Positions 56,206 through 64,000 of a stretch of DNA of 64,000 nt are shown piece after piece. The notes under the pieces are model-generated. The model saw nothing but the letters and a program-made list of their open reading frames with translations, did not search any database and had not been told where the DNA came from. The position numbers were made by a program, and so were the translations under genes. Position 1 is the first letter of the stretch. Every line of letters begins with the position of its first letter. The DNA is from a virus (lineage: Duplodnaviria > Caudoviricetes), in the IMG/VR virus record IMGVR_UViG_3300021387_000688, one strand, 5' to 3'.

Positions 56206-57765
56206 TTACTCCGGTTTCTTAGGTTTCATTTCTGCCCAAAATTTGTCGACTAAATCTGCCTTGAGAGTTTTATAAGCTTCTTCCCAAATTTCTTTTGGTA
56301 AATAGTCGCAGAAGGTTTGCTCAAAAGACCATACATTTCTTTTATAATACCTGCAATCAGTTTTTCCTTTTGAAAGTATTTCTGATTCGAAACTACCTCT
56401 CAAGCCATGTACCGCAATATAGAGTCCAAAATTCATTTCATTAGGACCATCTATGTAATTACAGCCCCCGTTGCAGAATTTACTAACAATGCCTTTAAGA
56501 AAATCTTCATCCAATCTTACAATAATTCTTCCATCTTTTCCATCAGTTGTAGTAAAGGTATAGTGCCACACGATTTCTTTTGCAGAATCTTCTCTTTCAA
56601 TTTCTGGCTCTTCTTTTGTAAACTCGTCATGATCTTCAAATGAATTCCATAATGCTTCTGTAATTTCAAAAGCTTTATCCTGGTCCAATTTCAAATTATT
56701 GATCAAGTAAGCTTTAAGGACTTCCAAAGAATCTGAGTCACTGTCACAAGTTCTATAGATGTCGGTATGGTTTCCGGCATCCCTGATATTCCATTTGAAT
56801 GTAAGAGGTTTGTCATAAAACAGTATACCTCTTAATGATTTTCTTTCGAACTTAAGTTCGAAAGCTACACTAGGTTTAGTACCATTTCTATTCTGTAGGA
56901 AAATCTTATAATCTTCAAAGCAACCAAGAGGATTAATCTTAATCCAGAATGCTTTCTTTCCACTTTCAAACCATTCATCTACTCTTTTTATAAAATCTTC
57001 GATCTGGTTGTTAGATAGTTTCATTTTCTTAAGAGCGTTTTTAAGAGCTTCTTCTGAGAAATTATACTTATCTTCTTTTATAACTTCTACACCTTTGATT
57101 TCATCATTAGTAATAAGAGGGTGTTTGCGGTCTCCTGGAAGTTTGTAAATACCCCAATCCTGCATGGCTAAGCTAGATTTGAAATCAAGCTCACCATTCC
57201 TTATAAGATTGTAATTGCGGGGTATAAATGCAATATAACGGATTCGGAGATAATAAAAACCATTATTAGTTAATAAACGTGCAGAATTTTCAAACCCGTC
57301 GTTATGCAAATATGTAAATTGATTTTCAATTTCAAGCGGAGGTTCCCAAGTTTCTCTAATCTCTTTAGTTAAAGCATTCTCGAGTAATTTGAAAATCTTA
57401 GTTTCAAAACTTTCATATTTTTCTTTGTAATTTTTAGTAGGGTATGCCTCTTTCAAAGCAGCCATTGCTTTCTTCTTAAAAACCTTCATGAAGTTTATTA
57501 AATCCCTTTCGGAATTAATGTCTTTAAGGATTGCAAACTCTTTATGTTCTTTACCCATAACGTCATTGTTATATCTTGGGGTCCAATACTTTACTCTTAA
57601 ATCAATAAACTTTAAGGCACCCATATCCCAATGGTCGTAAAGAATTTCCTCTCCATTATCTTTAAGTTCTACTCTCCATTCAACTCTAATAAGGTTATGG
57701 GTGGCTGTAAGATTTTCACCTTCATTAAAAGAATAACAAAAATATTTTTTCATATTAGTCTGCAT
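56206..57765 (-). CDS. Hypothetical protein
   Basis: 519 aa, SD AGGAG; no motif recognised. Confidence 0.75.
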   Translation of the reverse strand: MQTNMKKYFCYSFNEGENLTATHNLIRVEWRVELKDNGEEILYDHWDMGALKFIDLRVKYWTPRYNNDVMGKEHKEFAILKDINSERDLINFMKVFKKKAMAALKEAYPTKNYKEKYESFETKIFKLLENALTKEIRETWEPPLEIENQFTYLHNDGFENSARLLTNNGFYYLRIRYIAFIPRNYNLIRNGELDFKSSLAMQDWGIYKLPGDRKHPLITNDEIKGVEVIKEDKYNFSEEALKNALKKMKLSNNQIEDFIKRVDEWFESGKKAFWIKINPLGCFEDYKIFLQNRNGTKPSVAFELKFERKSLRGILFYDKPLTFKWNIRDAGNHTDIYRTCDSDSDSLEVLKAYLINNLKLDQDKAFEITEALWNSFEDHDEFTKEEPEIEREDSAKEIVWHYTFTTTDGKDGRIIVRLDEDFLKGIVSKFCNGGCNYIDGPNEMNFGLYIAVHGLRGSFESEILSKGKTDCRYYKRNVWSFEQTFCDYLPKEIWEEAYKTLKADLVDKFWAEMKPKKPE

Positions 57766-58027
57766 AGTCTCCTACCTGTTTCCAACTATTTGCAAAACGA
57801 TTAGCTTCTGCATCGATTTCGCATCCCATGGTATGGCAAAAGTCATCAATTCTACAATCACAACAACATGTCAAGTTTGGGCAAACTTTATTTGCAATTT
57901 TAATTACATCATCTCCGTAAATGTTCACCAAAATGTTTAATAAAAGATCAAGCTGCTTTCTTCCATTGGATTCGTCGAGTTGAGTTAATGAACATTCGTT
58001 ACAATTTTCGTTACAAAATCTTTTCAT
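57755..58027 (-). CDS. Cys-rich putative metal-binding protein
   Basis: CNENCNEC...CPNLTCCCDCRIDDFCHTMGC; start revised to ATG 58027. Confidence 0.65.
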   Translation of the reverse strand: MKRFCNENCNECSLTQLDESNGRKQLDLLLNILVNIYGDDVIKIANKVCPNLTCCCDCRIDDFCHTMGCEIDAEANRFANSWKQVGDYAD

Positions 58028-58028
58028 T

Positions 58029-58562
58029 CTATACTCCCCCTTTGTCACCCTTTTCGTTGTAATGTCTTTTCCAATCTTCTTTTTTCATATCGAGAGCCTT
58101 ACGAATATCTTCTATTAAAGTTACCATGTCTTCTTTCCAAGAAGAGGAATCGGGGTCTCCTAAACTTCCATCAAACCAATTCGGATAGGAATCAAGATCT
58201 CCTTCAGCGTACTTATAAGTAATCTGGTAACCAGATAAATATTCTTCTATTTTATCTTTTTCCCATTCTAATTCAATTTTAATGGCATAGTAATTTTTAG
58301 AACTTTCTGGGTTCATTTGAATTACAAGAGAGGTAGGCGCATAAGGTATTGCCCAATTTACATCGGTGTAAAAAAACTTCCAGCCTATTTCTCCTTCTTT
58401 TATTTCGTGCAAGTCATCTACTTTCTTAAAAGGAGGTGCTTCCAATTGCTTAGTTTCTTTATTGAATCTGTGATAAATATTGGCCCTTGGATTTTCATTA
58501 GATAAATTCTTTTCAAGAAACTCAATGGTTCTCTTTACATCTGAAAAAGTCTGGTGAAACAT
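58029..58562 (-). CDS. Hypothetical protein
   Basis: 177 aa, TAATG overlap. Confidence 0.7.
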   Translation of the reverse strand: MFHQTFSDVKRTIEFLEKNLSNENPRANIYHRFNKETKQLEAPPFKKVDDLHEIKEGEIGWKFFYTDVNWAIPYAPTSLVIQMNPESSKNYYAIKIELEWEKDKIEEYLSGYQITYKYAEGDLDSYPNWFDGSLGDPDSSSWKEDMVTLIEDIRKALDMKKEDWKRHYNEKGDKGGV

Positions 58563-59170
58563 TATTCTACATCCTCATATCTTAATACTTGATCTTCTCT
58601 ATACGTATGCAACCAACCCACCCATTCGTCATAATTACGAAAAAACTTTTTTGTAAGATTTGGATTGCAATCCCTTTCTCCTAAAACTTCCTGATCTGTA
58701 TCTATTACAAATCTGCAAGGTCTCCAATCCGGTTTGTATTTTTCTTTCAACATATCGTCATATTCTCTTAGCATCTTCTGGCGCTGAGAAAGCTGCAAGT
58801 TACGGAAATGTACCTCGGCTTTAAGATTCTTGATATGTTTCTGGATACCATTCATTTGCTGGCGGTAATAAAGGAGATAAGCATAAGCTTTTGCTCCCAT
58901 AGAAAAATCTGTAGCAGGGTCCCAAAGATTTGGATGATACCAAACTTCTTTTCGCATTGGTGCAAAAATAGCTTTATCATTTGGTATACTGTTTTTGCAA
59001 TACCGGATTCTTTCGTTAAGCCAATTTGACTGGGCTTTATGATTTGCAAGTCTTTCCTTTGCTCCATTAAGACCTTTCTTTTCAGAAAGCATCTTGTCCA
59101 CCAACTTATTTCTTTCTTTACTTTCTTCTGGGGTAGCTCTATTCAAAGTATCTAAATCAATCATCAACAA
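58562..59170 (-). CDS. Hypothetical protein
   Basis: 202 aa, SD AAGGAG. Confidence 0.7.
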   Translation of the reverse strand: MLMIDLDTLNRATPEESKERNKLVDKMLSEKKGLNGAKERLANHKAQSNWLNERIRYCKNSIPNDKAIFAPMRKEVWYHPNLWDPATDFSMGAKAYAYLLYYRQQMNGIQKHIKNLKAEVHFRNLQLSQRQKMLREYDDMLKEKYKPDWRPCRFVIDTDQEVLGERDCNPNLTKKFFRNYDEWVGWLHTYREDQVLRYEDVE

Positions 59171-59811
59171 TTCTCCTTATCAAATATTGGAAGCTCTGTC
59201 CAATAAGGTGGAGGGGAAGGATACTCCCCGCAACCTCTACTAGGGCTCCATTTACGGAATCCATAATGATAATGACATTTATCCCCGCAAGGGTCTAATA
59301 CGTCAATACTTAAATTGCAATCTTTATTCCTTCTAGGAGGAAGTTCCACTGAAGTTTTATGCCAATTGGTTTTTGGTTTAGATGTTGTATTAAAAGATAC
59401 ATTTCCTCCTATCAATTCCTTCGCCATATTTGCATCATTAATAATACTATCGAGTAGTTCAGTTAAGTTTGTATCTTCTGTTTTATGAATAGATTCTACG
59501 GTACCTTCTTTTTTCAAATCATTTACTTCTTTTTTAAGTTTTGATTCCAACATATCTAAGAACTGAAGTAAAGTTCTTTTTGTGATATCTTCTTCAAAAA
59601 GATTCTCAACCGCAGTTCTGAGAGCTGTAAATTGTATCGTAAAAGAAACTGCAAATTTAGTAATGCATACATCTTTTGAAATGTCTTCCATGTGAAATTT
59701 ATGTATAAAAACTTTTGAAATAGTTTCTATTGCAGCATATACATCGCAATCTTTTTGAATATTAAAAGGCGTTTTATAAATCTCTTGAAGTGCCCAATCT
59801 ACCATACTCAT
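59164..59811 (-). CDS. Hypothetical protein with C-terminal DUF551-like segment
   Basis: NWHKTSVELP...YWTELP. Confidence 0.55.
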   Translation of the reverse strand: MSMVDWALQEIYKTPFNIQKDCDVYAAIETISKVFIHKFHMEDISKDVCITKFAVSFTIQFTALRTAVENLFEEDITKRTLLQFLDMLESKLKKEVNDLKKEGTVESIHKTEDTNLTELLDSIINDANMAKELIGGNVSFNTTSKPKTNWHKTSVELPPRRNKDCNLSIDVLDPCGDKCHYHYGFRKWSPSRGCGEYPSPPPYWTELPIFDKENC

Positions 59812-59823
59812 TTTTACTTCTCC

Positions 59824-60306
59824 TTAGAAATAAATCTTGAAGAACTTAATATGTTCTTCTGGCTGATAAAATTCAACTCTCCAACCTGCTTTAAGGAGGT
59901 AAAGTCCAAGTTCATGCATTATATTATCTGCCAGGATTCGATAATGTTTGTAATGCTCTTCATCGGTTTCTTCCCATTCATGATGAACCTTTTTGTGAGT
60001 AAGTTTCTGCCAGAATGTTTCCGGCCAATCCCCTTCCCGTTTAACTTTCTTTTCTTCATAATCAAGGTTGTTAAAAATGTAAGAATAATAGAAGAAGCAT
60101 TCTGGGCGTTCAGCTGTTTTTGCAGCTTCTTTAATTTTACCTAAAAGTAAATCAACTGGATGAACTTTACAATGTTCTGGATAGAAAAGATTAAAATCGA
60201 TGATAATATTGTCATGCGCCTTGAGATGGTTGTTATCCCAAATAGTTTTTGCATCTGATGGAGACAAGTAAGTTTTGTTTAATATTTCTGTTTTCTTTTT
60301 AGCCAT
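59824..60306 (-). CDS. Hypothetical protein
   Basis: 160 aa, SD AAGGAG. Confidence 0.7.
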   Translation of the reverse strand: MAKKKTEILNKTYLSPSDAKTIWDNNHLKAHDNIIIDFNLFYPEHCKVHPVDLLLGKIKEAAKTAERPECFFYYSYIFNNLDYEEKKVKREGDWPETFWQKLTHKKVHHEWEETDEEHYKHYRILADNIMHELGLYLLKAGWRVEFYQPEEHIKFFKIYF

Positions 60307-60317
60307 TTAACTACTCC

Positions 60318-60563
60318 TTAAAAAGCTGGATATGGGATATTGAGAATTGCCCAACCTTCTACACCACTATCCAATAGTGTAATTGACATGTCATCCTTTC
60401 TTCTGTAATTGAAGTTATCAAGGAAATCAATTTCAACTACCTTTCTTCCATTTAAGTTTTTTGCAACTGCTACATATGCAAAAATGTCGGTACCTGACGG
60501 CATAACATTTCCTTTAACCCACTGAATTGTAGTCATTCTTGTAGATGTAATCATTTCTTTCAT
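60318..60563 (-). CDS. Hypothetical protein
   Basis: 81 aa, ATGA overlap. Confidence 0.6.
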   Translation of the reverse strand: MKEMITSTRMTTIQWVKGNVMPSGTDIFAYVAVAKNLNGRKVVEIDFLDNFNYRRKDDMSITLLDSGVEGWAILNIPYPAF

Positions 60564-60856
60564 AATTCCCTCATCATCTTGTCGATGACTGTTTTATCCC
60601 CGTCTAATAGACATCCCCAATATTTATTTGTTTCAAGAAATTCGCGAGCCTCATATTCAAACCAGTCGTTTTCTTTACAGTAGACTTCTACCTGATTAAG
60701 AATTTCAGCTTTAAAAGGATCTGTGCAATGAAATCTAGAACTTGCATTCAATTCTCTTCTCCAAAACGATGCCCTTTTATACATATCGTCGAAGTTATTT
60801 TTTATGCTCTGTAATAGGCCTATTCTATTACTTCTTATTTCGTTTGGCTCTGTCAT
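60560..60856 (-). CDS. Hypothetical protein
   Basis: 98 aa in operon. Confidence 0.6.
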   Translation of the reverse strand: MTEPNEIRSNRIGLLQSIKNNFDDMYKRASFWRRELNASSRFHCTDPFKAEILNQVEVYCKENDWFEYEAREFLETNKYWGCLLDGDKTVIDKMMREL

Positions 60857-61205
60857 CCATTTCTCCCATCTTTAACCCTGCAGCTTTTTCCATAGCTTTT
60901 GCACAATCACGTAGTTTACAAAGTCTTTTGATTTCTTTTTCCTGCTCGATGATATCTCTTCTATTTTCATCTACGTTACAACCCCAACCACCACCGCGAT
61001 ACATGATCGACTTCTTCATATAACGAAGTTGGGCTCTCATCAAATTGATTTCCTTTGCATATTCAGCCCAAGACTTCCTTACAACCATATCCTGTTCATT
61101 TGGATTCAAACGAACTTCTCTTGGTAGCTCGTCGTTAAAGAAGTCTCTATTTTCCTGTTCATAATCTGGAAGGTTACCCCAATCTAAATCCAAATCGTCA
61201 TCCAT
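60828..61205 (-). CDS. Hypothetical protein
   Basis: 125 aa, TAATG overlap. Confidence 0.65.
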   Translation of the reverse strand: MDDDLDLDWGNLPDYEQENRDFFNDELPREVRLNPNEQDMVVRKSWAEYAKEINLMRAQLRYMKKSIMYRGGGWGCNVDENRRDIIEQEKEIKRLCKLRDCAKAMEKAAGLKMGEMDDRAKRNKK

Positions 61206-61528
61206 TATTCATTCTCCTCGTCATAATCTTCATCGTCATAATCTTCATCGTCCCAGCCATCGAAATCAGGAGACTGTTCCCAGTAATCATTAATCTTGTC
61301 AACCATTTTCATTGAAACACGAAGCAAGTGATTGTAATCAGAAGACATTGCATCTTTTGTATATGCAGAAACCGCATCGGAATCAAAAAGCTTCATTGCA
61401 ACTTCATCTACTTGACCTTCATAATCTGGTTCTTTTGCATCCCTATAAGCTTCTTTCATCCAACGCGAAACTGTACCCATCACGCACCATGCGTTACCAT
61501 TTACTCCAACTAATGTTTTCTTTTCCAT
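61205..61528 (-). CDS. Conserved phage hypothetical protein with acidic tail
   Basis: LVGVNGNAWCVMG...AMSSDYNHLL; start revised to ATG 61528. Confidence 0.7.
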   Translation of the reverse strand: MEKKTLVGVNGNAWCVMGTVSRWMKEAYRDAKEPDYEGQVDEVAMKLFDSDAVSAYTKDAMSSDYNHLLRVSMKMVDKINDYWEQSPDFDGWDDEDYDDEDYDEENE

Positions 61529-61797
61529 TAAAATCCCTCCGCATTCTCGGCAGCAGAAACCTCTGCACATTCATAACCTTCATCGAATCCTACACTACGA
61601 ATCTCATCGAAGAGAGCTTTACCAAATTGTTTTACATCCTCGTCACGATTAGTTAAAACATTGATAGGAAGATTGAAAGTAAGGAGGAAACTTCTCAAAT
61701 TGGAAGTTACCCAATTCTCAATCTCTTTTTTAGAATTCTGTTGCAGTGATCCCCACTGGATATCTGCATCTGGTATTTTTGAAAGTTTGAATGGCAT
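61528..61797 (-). CDS. Hypothetical protein
   Basis: 89 aa, SD GGAGG. Confidence 0.65.
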   Translation of the reverse strand: MPFKLSKIPDADIQWGSLQQNSKKEIENWVTSNLRSFLLTFNLPINVLTNRDEDVKQFGKALFDEIRSVGFDEGYECAEVSAAENAEGF

Positions 61798-61798
61798 T

Positions 61799-61951
61799 TT
61801 AGTCCTCCATTGCTCTTACTTCGCAATGTTCTACAATATCAAATAAAAGATCGTCCAATTTGGCAGCGTCTTTATTTAATCCATTTGATTTCAAAATAGA
61901 AATTATTTTTTCACCCATTTCGGAAATGCGTTCAATATCTGTTTTACTCAT
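61799..61951 (-). CDS. Small protein (50 aa, leaderless, not in ORF track)
   Basis: MSKTDIERISEMGEKII...; TATAAT 6 nt before ATG. Confidence 0.65.
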   Translation of the reverse strand: MSKTDIERISEMGEKIISILKSNGLNKDAAKLDDLLFDIVEHCEVRAMED

Positions 61952-62003
61952 GATAATATTATAGCTTTTTCAAGGTTTCGGGTTGTCAACTAATTTCAAT
62001 AAT

Positions 62004-62384
62004 ATGAAAGAAATGTTAGAAAAATTAAATAAAAATCCTATCGACTGGTGTTTTAATTGTGCAAGTATAGGAATGAAAGATGTTAAGAAATTAATGTTTA
62101 CTTATATATTTGTAAACTATGTAAGGACTTTAGGAAAGGGAGTTTATTCGTTTTTTGAAAATGGAACCGGTGATTCTTTTATATTTTCTTTCAAGCCGGG
62201 ATTCCTAAAAGATTGGGATAATGTAGCAATAAATAAATCTAAAAACAAGAAAAGTTATTATAAGGGATTGATTCGAATTCTAGATGAACATCTACATAAC
62301 TGCGGAGTAAATAATTATTGCAAATATTATGTAGATGTCCACCATGGGGACTTATCGGTATTGATTACCTTACAGTTTTCTTAA
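62004..62384 (+). CDS. Hypothetical protein
   Basis: Start revised to ATG 62004, 8 nt after ACTAATT. Confidence 0.6.
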   Translation: MKEMLEKLNKNPIDWCFNCASIGMKDVKKLMFTYIFVNYVRTLGKGVYSFFENGTGDSFIFSFKPGFLKDWDNVAINKSKNKKSYYKGLIRILDEHLHNCGVNNYCKYYVDVHHGDLSVLITLQFS

Positions 62385-63495
62385 TAAAATCATATTGTGC
62401 ATTAATTCTATGTTTCAAATCCTCTACATGTTTCTCGGCATCTTGTTTCTTTACCTGCAATTGATGTAAAGCATCTTTTGAAGGATCATTTAAAAACAAT
62501 ATGGTGTATAACCCGATATCCCTTGCCCTTGATTCAATTTCCTTTTTCTGATTTTCAATTAAATAATCTAAACGGTAAACTGAAACACTGGCTTCAATCA
62601 ATTCGTCATAGAGTTCTCCTAAGTCGTCTAATCCTTTGAAAATCTTATAACGGTTGTATTCTTTAAGAGCATCGGCTTTTGCTTTAGCTTTCTCATCTTC
62701 TTCGCATTCCTTTGATTCAGTCTCTTCATCTTTATGGAAATGAAGTTTATAATCTTCTTCTACTTGTGCAATTTCGTTTGCCAATGAAGTTCGGATTGGA
62801 TTCTCTTTATCCACGCGGATTCCAATTCTTTCCAAATACTGGAAAATCAAAGGAGATAAGTTCGTTCTGACACCGTTGAGGGTTTTAGTCATATTCCAAC
62901 TGCTATTATAACCATCTTCGTAACCCCAAGTTACTCTAATTTCCATTCTATCAAAGAAGTTAATTTTATGTAATGAATGCATTGAAGCTTCGTCGTTAAG
63001 TTCTTCAAGAATCTTTTCAACACTCTTAGGATTAAGTGTAACGAATACGCGGTAAAGTGTTTCGTCATCTTTAATCTGCATTTCAAAAGTTTTAGGTTCT
63101 AAAGTCATTTTCTTTTCCTCTTTACATTCTCTATTAGGATAAGGAACTTCCACCCTATTAGAAGTTGCTTCTGTCATTATAGTTTCCGCAATGTTTTTAG
63201 TAATGTCTCGAACTATGATGTCGGAAAGTTCATCATCGTCAATTCTGCAATAAATGTCTTCTTCCCAACAACTTGGAGCAATAAACAAACTTCTCTTTTC
63301 GTTATTCTTTACCAAATCTAAAAGCATTGGCTCTGAGAGACTTTTACCTATAAAGTAAGGTATTACTTCTGAATCCTCATAACCTCCTTCTATAGAAGTC
63401 TTTCTAACCATAACATCCCATTTACCATCATCAAACTTCAACTTGGCTGTATATTTAACTGGACCGTAGTTTCCTTTGATTATTTTTTCCATCAA
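62365..63495 (-). CDS. Hypothetical protein
   Basis: 376 aa, SD AAGGAG. Confidence 0.7.
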   Translation of the reverse strand: MMEKIIKGNYGPVKYTAKLKFDDGKWDVMVRKTSIEGGYEDSEVIPYFIGKSLSEPMLLDLVKNNEKRSLFIAPSCWEEDIYCRIDDDELSDIIVRDITKNIAETIMTEATSNRVEVPYPNRECKEEKKMTLEPKTFEMQIKDDETLYRVFVTLNPKSVEKILEELNDEASMHSLHKINFFDRMEIRVTWGYEDGYNSSWNMTKTLNGVRTNLSPLIFQYLERIGIRVDKENPIRTSLANEIAQVEEDYKLHFHKDEETESKECEEDEKAKAKADALKEYNRYKIFKGLDDLGELYDELIEASVSVYRLDYLIENQKKEIESRARDIGLYTILFLNDPSKDALHQLQVKKQDAEKHVEDLKHRINAQYDFIKKTVR

Positions 63496-63522
63496 TTACT
63501 CCTTAAAGGAAATATAGAGAAG

Positions 63523-63550
63523 AAAAGCCTCTTCTACTTCGAAGAGGCTT
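63523..63550 (-). terminator. Intrinsic terminator
   Basis: AAGCCTCTTC-6 nt-GAAGAGGCTT. Confidence 0.75.
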
Positions 63551-63579
63551 CAACTTTTTTAATTGTATACAATTTTTAA

Positions 63580-64000
63580 TTATCTGTAGTTATCAATTTC
63601 AGTATTGAATTCCTGAACAAATTCTTCAAAAGTATCTACGGCCCATTCAGAAACCGGTACAGTATTATCTGAAACATAGTATAAAGTTGCATGAACTTGA
63701 TTATTTTCGTCTAAGTGGAATTCAATAAAAATACCTAATTCATCTTCGTTGCTATAGATTTTAGAACCTTCTTTAGTTCCGTCATAAAGCTCTCCGCCAA
63801 TTGTAGGTAACAACTTTTCTATATAAGCCATACAGTTGTCGAAGACAAATGATGGATCTTCGTTAGGGTCTCTTGAACCGATTCCGGATTCTCCTACTAT
63901 AACTGTTTCTGCCTCATTCTTATAACCTCTTTCGAAAGCTATAAGTTTAATACCTGCGGCACCTTCTCGCTGAACTGCTGGAACCCAACCTGCTAACAAA
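63580..64000 (-). CDS. Hypothetical acidic protein, 5' truncated by window edge
   Basis: Open frame runs off the window end. Confidence 0.65.
   Translation of the reverse strand, partial: LLAGWVPAVQREGAAGIKLIAFERGYKNEAETVIVGESGIGSRDPNEDPSFVFDNCMAYIEKLLPTIGGELYDGTKEGSKIYSNEDELGIFIEFHLDENNQVHATLYYVSDNTVPVSEWAVDTFEEFVQEFNTEIDNYR

Noticed and set aside
918-61846. Other short overlapping opposite-strand ORFs in the track (e.g. 918, 2975, 9866, 34640, 55288, 59755)
   Set aside because: Nested antisense to better supported genes, with no SD or promoter support
1-64000. Stop-codon reassignment (code 15 or 4) as in some gut jumbo phages
   Set aside because: Conserved genes are full length under code 11; TAG and TGA end genes at sensible places, followed by SDs or overlapping starts
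1-64000. CRISPR array, integrase or IS element
   Set aside because: No regularly spaced direct repeats or recombinase/transposase motifs seen; intergenic gaps are short

Overview
AT-rich, densely coding 64 kb segment of a large lytic dsDNA phage, probably a T4-like/jumbo myovirus (inference from gene content; host not identifiable, although the BspA-type LRR and Stealth/GT2 genes hint at a gut or rumen anaerobe). Standard genetic code. Recognisable genes are scattered without synteny: SNF2 helicase (5' truncated), HNH endonuclease, Stealth + two GT2 glycosyltransferases, RtcB, Rad50/SbcC-like ATPase, GroEL-like chaperonin, DNA primase, gp25-like baseplate protein, two divergent paralogous tail-fibre-like genes, dUTPase, a class II-like nucleotidyltransferase and a radical SAM protein, among about 70 small hypothetical genes, mostly on the minus strand. 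Two promoter classes can be read from the sequence: an early-type (CCGG-N5-)GCTATAWT and a late-type ACTAWWT; both often sit 5-8 nt upstream of an ATG with no Shine-Dalgarno site, implying leaderless mRNAs. Best candidates for new biology: (1) a tRNA-shaped RNA with a non-decoding anticodon arm whose 5' G lies 6 nt after a late promoter, followed by a second structured domain; (2) a neighbouring enzyme pair (KxDG ligase-fold polyprotein plus a PD-(D/E)xK nuclease/TxGH nucleotidyltransferase fusion) with prohead-protease-like L-x-E sites at domain borders; (3) a late-expressed Stealth/GT2 glycan module. All functional calls come from motif reading by eye; no searches were run.
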